A stretch of 64,000 bases of DNA from Candidatus Geohabitans tengchongensis (lineage in GTDB: Bacteria > Sysuimicrobiota > Sysuimicrobiia > Sysuimicrobiales > Humicultoraceae), in contig JAVKIH010000010.1 of the NCBI GenBank assembly GCA_031459625.1, positions 21,347-85,346 on the forward strand, written 5' to 3'. Positions within the stretch are counted from its first letter, which is position 1; each line of letters starts with the position of its first letter. The translations under genes and the position numbers were made by a program. Under the pieces are notes generated by a model. That model searched no databases. It saw only the letters and a program-made list of their open reading frames with translations, and was not told the origin of the DNA. Positions 58,344-64,000 of the stretch are shown in pieces.

Positions 58344-59447
58344 ATGGCGCTGCGCACCGAAGAGCTCCTCCTCAACATGGGCCCGCAGCACCCGGCCACC
58401 CACGGCGTGCTGCGCATGATCGTCACCCTGGAAGGCGAGAACGTCGTCGAGGTCAACCCGGACATCGGCTACCTCCACTCCTCCGTGGAGAAGATGATGG
58501 AGTACCGCACCTACATCCAGAACGTCTCCCTGGCCGACCGGGGCATGGACTACCTCTCCGCCCTGGCCAACGAGGAGGCGTTGCTGCGGGCGGTGGAGAC
58601 CCTGGGCGGGATCACCGTCCCCGAGCGGGCGCGCTGGATCCGCACCCTCATGCTGGAGCTGCAGCGGCTGGCCAGCCACCTGGTCTGGCTGGGGACGTGG
58701 GGCATCGACCTGGGGGCGACGACGGTCTTCCTCTGGTGCTTCCGCGAGCGCGAGCTCATCCTCGACCTCTTCGAGCACGCCACCGGGGGCCGGCTGCACC
58801 ACAACTACTTCCGGCCGGGCGGGGTCTACGAGGACGTCACCGACGCGTGGCTCGGGCGCGTGCTGGACTTCTGCGACGTGATGGAGCGCCGCCTGGTCGA
58901 GTACCACGAGCTGCTGACCGGCAACCCCATCTTCGAGGTGCGCACCCAGGGGATCGGCGTCCTCTCCCGGGAGGACGCCATCCGCTTCGGGGCCTCGGGC
59001 CCGGTGGCGCGGGCGTCCGGGGTGGCCTTCGACGTCCGCAAGGCCTTCCCGTACGAGCAGTACGGCGAGGTCGAGTTCGACATCCCCGTGCGCACCGAGG
59101 GGGACAACTGGGCGCGCTACCTGGTGCGCATGGAGGAGATGCGCCAGGCGGTGCGCATCATCCGCCAGTGCGTGGCCCGGATGCCGGCGGGGGAGATCCG
59201 CGCCAAGGTGCCGGTGACGGTGCGCCTGCCCCGCGGGGAGGTCTACACGCGCATCGAGTCGCCCCGCGGGGACGAGGGGATCTACCTGGTCAGCGAGGGG
59301 GAGGAGCGCCCCTACCGGGTGAAGATCCGGGGCCCCTCCTTCAGCAACCTCTACGCCCTCACCCAGGTCATGCGCGGGGCGAAGGTGGCGGACCTCATCG
59401 CTATCCTGGGGAGCTGCGACATCGTGCTGGCGGACGTGGACCGGTGA
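58344..59447 (+). CDS. nuoD: Complex I subunit D
   Basis: NMGPQHPATHGVLR, GYLH, ESPRG, DVDR end; no Ni-binding CxxC pairs. Confidence 0.93.
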   Translation: MALRTEELLLNMGPQHPATHGVLRMIVTLEGENVVEVNPDIGYLHSSVEKMMEYRTYIQNVSLADRGMDYLSALANEEALLRAVETLGGITVPERARWIRTLMLELQRLASHLVWLGTWGIDLGATTVFLWCFRERELILDLFEHATGGRLHHNYFRPGGVYEDVTDAWLGRVLDFCDVMERRLVEYHELLTGNPIFEVRTQGIGVLSREDAIRFGASGPVARASGVAFDVRKAFPYEQYGEVEFDIPVRTEGDNWARYLVRMEEMRQAVRIIRQCVARMPAGEIRAKVPVTVRLPRGEVYTRIESPRGDEGIYLVSEGEERPYRVKIRGPSFSNLYALTQVMRGAKVADLIAILGSCDIVLADVDR

Positions 59448-59935
59448 TGGCGACCGACGGGCGGCGCGGACTGGGCGTCCTGACCGAGCGGGTCGGGCAG
59501 GGGCTCCTGGGCCTGGCGGTGGGGCTGCGGGCCACCTGGCGGACACTGCTCGGTCCGAAGAACACCGTCCTCTACCCGATCAAGAAGGTGAACGTCAGCG
59601 AGCGCTGGCACGGGCTGCTGGCGCTGCCGGTCGACCCCGAAACCGGCAACGACCTCTGCATCATCTGCTTCCAGTGCGAGCGCGTCTGCCCCAGCCGCTG
59701 CATCCACATCGAGGCCACGGGGCGCGCCAAGGACCGCGTCCTCACCCGCTTCGACATCGAGATGGACAAGTGCCAGTACTGCGGGCTGTGCGTGGAGGTC
59801 TGTCCCACCGAGGCCATCGTCTTTACGCCGCACTACGAGGGGAGCACCTACAACCGCGACCGCCTCCGCTACGACCTGGAGGACCTGCGCCGGGCCGCCC
59901 CCAAGGAGCCCATCGCCCGCGGGGTGATCCGGTGA
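59447..59935 (+). CDS. nuoI: Complex I subunit I (2x[4Fe-4S])
   Basis: CIICFQCERVCP, CQYCGLCVEVCP. Confidence 0.9.
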   Translation: MATDGRRGLGVLTERVGQGLLGLAVGLRATWRTLLGPKNTVLYPIKKVNVSERWHGLLALPVDPETGNDLCIICFQCERVCPSRCIHIEATGRAKDRVLTRFDIEMDKCQYCGLCVEVCPTEAIVFTPHYEGSTYNRDRLRYDLEDLRRAAPKEPIARGVIR

Positions 59936-59981
59936 CGGTGGCCATCCGGGACGCGACTCCCGCCGGGAGGGGCCAGCGGCG

Positions 59982-60623
59982 ATGAGCTGGGAGCTGGTGC
60001 GCAGGCTGCGCGAACGCTTTCCCCAGGTGGAGCCCTTCCCGCACGAGGAGGCGGATGCGCCGCCACCTGCCGGTGAGGGCGCGCCGCCACCTCCGGCCGC
60101 ACCCGCCCCCGGCCGCCCCGCACCCACCCGCCTGCCGCCCAAACCCCGGGCGGAGGAGAAGGGACCGGTCTTCCTCACGCCGGGTGCCTGGGTGCCCGCC
60201 CAGGACCTCTTGGCAGTGTGCCGCTTCCTGCGCGACGACCCCGCCTTCCGCATGGACTACCTCTCCTGGGTGACCGGCGTGGACTGGCCGCAGCGCGGCG
60301 AGCTGGAGGTCGTCTACCACCTCTTCTCGTTCACCCACGGCCACGAACTGCTCCTGAAGGTGCGGGTCCCCCGCGACGCCGCCCGGGTGCCGAGCGTCAC
60401 CCCCATCTGGGACGGGGCCAACTGGCACGAGCGGGAGGCCTACGACCTGCTGGGCATCGTCTTCGAGGGGCACCCCGACCTCCGGCGGATCATGATGACG
60501 GAGGACTGGGTCGGCCACCCCCTGCGCAAGGACTACGTGTACGAAGACCCGCCCTGGCTGGTGGAGGTGGCCCGCCTCCGCCAGCAGGAGATCGAGGGGT
60601 TCGGCCTGGGCGAGCGGGCCTGA
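59982..60623 (+). CDS. nuoC: Complex I subunit C
   Basis: EREAYDLLGI, GHPDLRRI, GHPLRKD. Confidence 0.92.
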   Translation: MSWELVRRLRERFPQVEPFPHEEADAPPPAGEGAPPPPAAPAPGRPAPTRLPPKPRAEEKGPVFLTPGAWVPAQDLLAVCRFLRDDPAFRMDYLSWVTGVDWPQRGELEVVYHLFSFTHGHELLLKVRVPRDAARVPSVTPIWDGANWHEREAYDLLGIVFEGHPDLRRIMMTEDWVGHPLRKDYVYEDPPWLVEVARLRQQEIEGFGLGERA

Positions 60624-60802
60624 GCGCGCTGACGAACTGACGCCCCGCATCGGCGCACCCGCCGGCGCCACCGGACCGGATCGCCTCCAACCCGCACCGG
60701 CCCCGGTCCAGGCGGCTCAGCGCGTCCGGGCCCGTGCGCCCCCATGCAATCCGCACCCGGAGTTGCTATCGTGAGGGTGGTGGCCCACTGCCGGAGCGTC
60801 GC

Positions 60803-62374
60803 ATGAGGTCAACCGTGGCCGGCCTGGTCGCAGGACTCCTCGCCGGGGTGCTGGCGGCTGTGGCGATGATGCAGGGGCTCTTCCTCGGCGGTGTGCCCGC
60901 CGTCCCCCTGGCCCTGTGGGAGCGCACCCTGCGGCTGCTGCCCATGGAGCTCTTCAGCGTCCTGATCGTCCGCCTGAAGTTCGCCGCCAAGCCGCTGGCC
61001 TTCTGGGGGATGCTCGGGGCCCTGGTCCTCCTGGCCGGCCTGCTCGGCCTGGCGGTGGCCCGGCCGGCCTGGCGCGGCCGCCCGCTGCTGCGGGCGGCCG
61101 TGGCGTTCCTGGCTGCCGCCGCCGTCCTGCTGGCGGTGGCGCTGGGGCCGGCGGCGGACGCGCTGGCAGCCCGGCTGGGCGCCCAGGGGTTGAGCCCGGC
61201 GCCCGGGGAGGCGGCCCGACGCGTCGCCCTGGCCGTGGCCGGCTACGCGGGGCTCTACGCGCTGGGCCTGCTGCTCCTGCTGCGGCTCTTCGAGGGGCGC
61301 CCGGAGCCGCGCGCGGCCCGCTCCGCTCCGCCACGCCCGGAGGTCACGCGCCGGGAGGTCCTGCACCGGTCCCTGGTCCTCGGGGCCACCGCGCTGGCCG
61401 GGACGGCGCTCGTGCGCCTCCTGACGGCCCTGGGGGAGGGGGCGCGCGTCGCCGCCCAGACCCTCTTCGACCGCATCCGCGGGCTGCCGCCCGAGGTCAC
61501 GCCCAACGACCAGTTCTACGTGGTGAGCAAGAACCCGCCGGGCTTCGACCCGGACGTGGACGCCAGCCGCTGGCGGCTGGAGGTCACCGGCCTCGTGGGC
61601 AAGCCGCTGCGGCTCACGCTCGAGGAGCTCAAGGCCCTCCCGGCGGTGCGGCAGGTGCAGACGCTGGAGTGCATCAGCAACGAGGTGGGGGGCGACCTGA
61701 TCAGCAACGCCTGGTGGCGGGGGGTGCGGCTGCGCGACGTGCTGGCGCTGGCGGGCGGGGTGAGCCCGAAGGCGGTGAAGCTGGCCTTCACCTGCGCCGA
61801 CGGCTACACCGAGTCGCTGCCGGTGGTGGACGCCCTGCACCCCGACACGCTGCTGGTCTACGAGATGAACGGCGAGGCCCTCCCCCGGGCCCACGGCTTC
61901 CCCCTGCGGCTGCTGGTGCCCGGCCTCTTCGGGATGAAGAACCCGAAGTGGATCACGAAGATCGAGGCGGTGGACTACGACTTCCAGGGGTACTGGGAGC
62001 GCTCCGGGTGGAGCGACGAGGCCGTGGTGAAGACGATGTCCAAGTTCACGACGCCCACGGGACGGGCCAGCGCCAGGGTGGGGGAGGAGGTGGCCCTGGG
62101 CGGGGTGGCCTACGCGGGGGACCGGGGCATCCGCGCCGTGGAGGTCTCGGTGGACGACGGGAAGACCTGGCTGCCGGCCCAGGTGAAGCCGCCGCTGGGC
62201 AAGTATACGTGGGTGCTGTGGGCGGCGCTGTGGAAGCCGACCGCCCCCGGGCAGTACACGTTGAAGGTGCGGGCCCGCGACGGGGTGGGCGTCCTGCAGA
62301 CCGCCCGGGTCAGCCCGACGCTCCCCGACGGGGCGACGGGCTACCACACCATCCGCCTGACCGTGCGGAGGTGA
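60803..62374 (+). CDS. Membrane-anchored sulfite oxidase-family molybdoenzyme
   Basis: Several TM helices, TRREVL, TPNDQFY, ECISN, HGFPLR, KNPKW, Ig-like C-terminus. Confidence 0.9.
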   Translation: MRSTVAGLVAGLLAGVLAAVAMMQGLFLGGVPAVPLALWERTLRLLPMELFSVLIVRLKFAAKPLAFWGMLGALVLLAGLLGLAVARPAWRGRPLLRAAVAFLAAAAVLLAVALGPAADALAARLGAQGLSPAPGEAARRVALAVAGYAGLYALGLLLLLRLFEGRPEPRAARSAPPRPEVTRREVLHRSLVLGATALAGTALVRLLTALGEGARVAAQTLFDRIRGLPPEVTPNDQFYVVSKNPPGFDPDVDASRWRLEVTGLVGKPLRLTLEELKALPAVRQVQTLECISNEVGGDLISNAWWRGVRLRDVLALAGGVSPKAVKLAFTCADGYTESLPVVDALHPDTLLVYEMNGEALPRAHGFPLRLLVPGLFGMKNPKWITKIEAVDYDFQGYWERSGWSDEAVVKTMSKFTTPTGRASARVGEEVALGGVAYAGDRGIRAVEVSVDDGKTWLPAQVKPPLGKYTWVLWAALWKPTAPGQYTLKVRARDGVGVLQTARVSPTLPDGATGYHTIRLTVRR

Positions 62375-62399
62375 TCGCGTGGCGCGCCGGGAGGAGCCC

Positions 62400-62816
62400 A
62401 TGCCGCGGTTCGTGACCTACGAGGAGGCGAGCCGGGCGCTGCCCGACGTGGAGCGCATCATCCGCCGGCTGCGGCGCGTGCGGGAGGAGGCCCTGGGCCT
62501 GCGCACCCGCCTGGAGGGGCTGTGGGCGGCGCTGGAGCGGGAGGAGGCCTCCCTGGAGACGATCGCCGCCGAGCAACGCCGGCTCGACGCCCTCCAGGAG
62601 GAGTTCGCCGCGCTGGTCGACGAGCTGGAGCGCCATGGCGCCATCCTGCGCGACCTCGACCTGGGCCTGGTCGACTTCCTCTCACTGGCCGGCCAGGTGC
62701 AGATCTACCTGTGCTGGCGGGTGGGCGAGGACGCGATCCGCTACTGGCACGGGCTGGCCGAGGGGTACGCGGGGCGGAAGCCCCTCTCCGCCCTCCCCGG
62801 TCGGCGCCGTCATTGA
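62400..62816 (+). CDS. DUF2203-like protein
   Basis: DLDLGLVDF, YLCWRVGE, WHG...GYAGR. Confidence 0.8.
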   Translation: MPRFVTYEEASRALPDVERIIRRLRRVREEALGLRTRLEGLWAALEREEASLETIAAEQRRLDALQEEFAALVDELERHGAILRDLDLGLVDFLSLAGQVQIYLCWRVGEDAIRYWHGLAEGYAGRKPLSALPGRRRH

Positions 62817-62891
62817 CGTGGGGCCTGACCATGGCGGGGACGGCGGCAGCGCGGCACTGGCGCCGGAGCCTGCGCCCGGAGGAGCGTGCCG

Positions 62892-64000
62892 ATGCCCGAC
62901 CCGTATGACCTCGTGATCGTCGGCGGCGGGCCCGGCGGCTACGTCGGGGCGATCCGCGCGGCGCAGCTGGGCCTGCGCACCGCGCTGGTGGAGCGGGACA
63001 AGGTGGGCGGCACCTGCCTGCACTACGGGTGCATCCCCACCAAGGCGCTGCTGCGCACCGCCGAGCTCCTCGACGCCCTGCGCCACCCCGCCGAGATGGG
63101 CGTGCGCGCAGACGGCGTGGCCGTGGACCTCCCGGCCGCGCACGCCCGCAAGGCGCGGGTCGTGGACAAGCTGCACAAGGGCACCCAGTTCCTCATGCGC
63201 AAGCACGGGATCGACGTCTTCCACGGCGAGGCCCGCTTCCTCACCGCGCACGACCTGGCCGTGGCCCTGGCCGACGGCTCGGAGACGTCCCTGCGGGCGC
63301 ATCACGTGCTGATCGCCACCGGCTCGGCACCCAAGAGCCTGCCGCACCTGCCGATCGACCAGGAGCGCATCCTGGACAGCACGGGCGTGTTGGCCCTCCA
63401 GGAGGTCCCGCGGCGCCTGCTCATCGTCGGCGCGGGGGCGGTGGGGGTGGAGTTCGCCAGCCTCTTCCGGGCCTTCGGGAGCGAGGTGACGCTGGTGGAG
63501 GTCCTCCCCACGCTCGTCCCGCTCGAGGACGAGGAGATCGGGCGGGCGCTGGCCCGCGCCTTCCAGCGCCGCGGGATCGCCGTGCACACCGAGACCACGG
63601 TGGAGCGCGTGGAGCGCCGGGGGGCAGAGCTCGTCGCCACGCTGCGCCGCGTCCGGACCGCGGGGGCGGTCCCGGCCGCCGGTCCGGGCCCGAGCGTCGG
63701 CGGGGACCAGGGCGCCGGGAGCGAACAGGGGACGGAGACGGTGCGCGCGGACTACATCCTGGTGGCGGTGGGCCGGGCCCCGGTGGTGCGCGAGCTGGCC
63801 CCGGAGGAAGCCGGCGTGGCCGTCGACGCGGCGGGCGTCGTGGTCGACGAGGACCTGCGCACCACCGTCCCGCACATCTACGCCATCGGGGACGTGGTGG
63901 GCACGCGCCGGCCCTACCGCCTGGCCCACGTCGCCTCCGACGAGGCCATCACCGTGGTCGAGCGCATCGCCGGCCACGACCCCGCGCCCATCGACTACCA
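62892..64000 (+). CDS. lpdA: Dihydrolipoamide dehydrogenase, 5' part (runs off window end)
   Basis: Not in ORF track. Manual translation: MPDPYDLVIVGGGPGGY, GGTCLHYGCIPTK, GAGAVGVE, YAIGD, LAHVA. Confidence 0.93.
   Translation, partial: MPDPYDLVIVGGGPGGYVGAIRAAQLGLRTALVERDKVGGTCLHYGCIPTKALLRTAELLDALRHPAEMGVRADGVAVDLPAAHARKARVVDKLHKGTQFLMRKHGIDVFHGEARFLTAHDLAVALADGSETSLRAHHVLIATGSAPKSLPHLPIDQERILDSTGVLALQEVPRRLLIVGAGAVGVEFASLFRAFGSEVTLVEVLPTLVPLEDEEIGRALARAFQRRGIAVHTETTVERVERRGAELVATLRRVRTAGAVPAAGPGPSVGGDQGAGSEQGTETVRADYILVAVGRAPVVRELAPEEAGVAVDAAGVVVDEDLRTTVPHIYAIGDVVGTRRPYRLAHVASDEAITVVERIAGHDPAPIDY

Noticed and set aside
57728..60623. Group 4 [NiFe] hydrogenase
   Set aside because: Large subunit lacks both CxxC motifs and ends DVDR; NuoB has the tandem CC of complex I.
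60620..60733. Intrinsic terminator after nuoC
   Set aside because: Only short GC-rich complementarity and no U-tract.

Overview
Very GC-rich, densely coding bacterial chromosome segment with no rRNA, tRNA, CRISPR array or recognisable transposase/integrase. In order: oxidative pentose-phosphate operon (gnd-zwf-opcA-pgl, minus strand); a more AT-rich island (GntR regulator divergent from cupin, HpcH-like aldolase, TctCBA transporter, Ldh_2 oxidoreductase); a ctaA-ctaB fusion coupled to a CoA-transferase/ABC/HMG-CoA-lyase-like/LeuCD-like catabolic operon; an atypical LuxR regulator, a small coiled-coil protein, a fused degenerate MNT-HEPN protein and an Nfu-N protein; an HNH endonuclease gene bracketed by copies of a 20-bp palindrome with an upstream 25-26 bp tandem array; a ~20 kb probable N-heterocycle catabolic cluster (Mo-hydroxylase, cyclase, amidohydrolases, three ABC systems); pdhABC divergent from adenosine deaminase across a 37-bp bidirectional promoter; a suf operon whose sufB carries a 338-aa LAGLIDADG intein; tkt; a stand-alone nuoB-D-I-C module; a membrane-anchored sulfite-oxidase-family enzyme; a DUF2203-like protein; and partial lpdA. 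The strongest novelty candidates are the HNH gene with its palindromes and array, and recurrent 3-17 codon micro-ORFs that bridge gene junctions by double RTGA overlaps. All calls come from motif recognition by eye; no searches were run.
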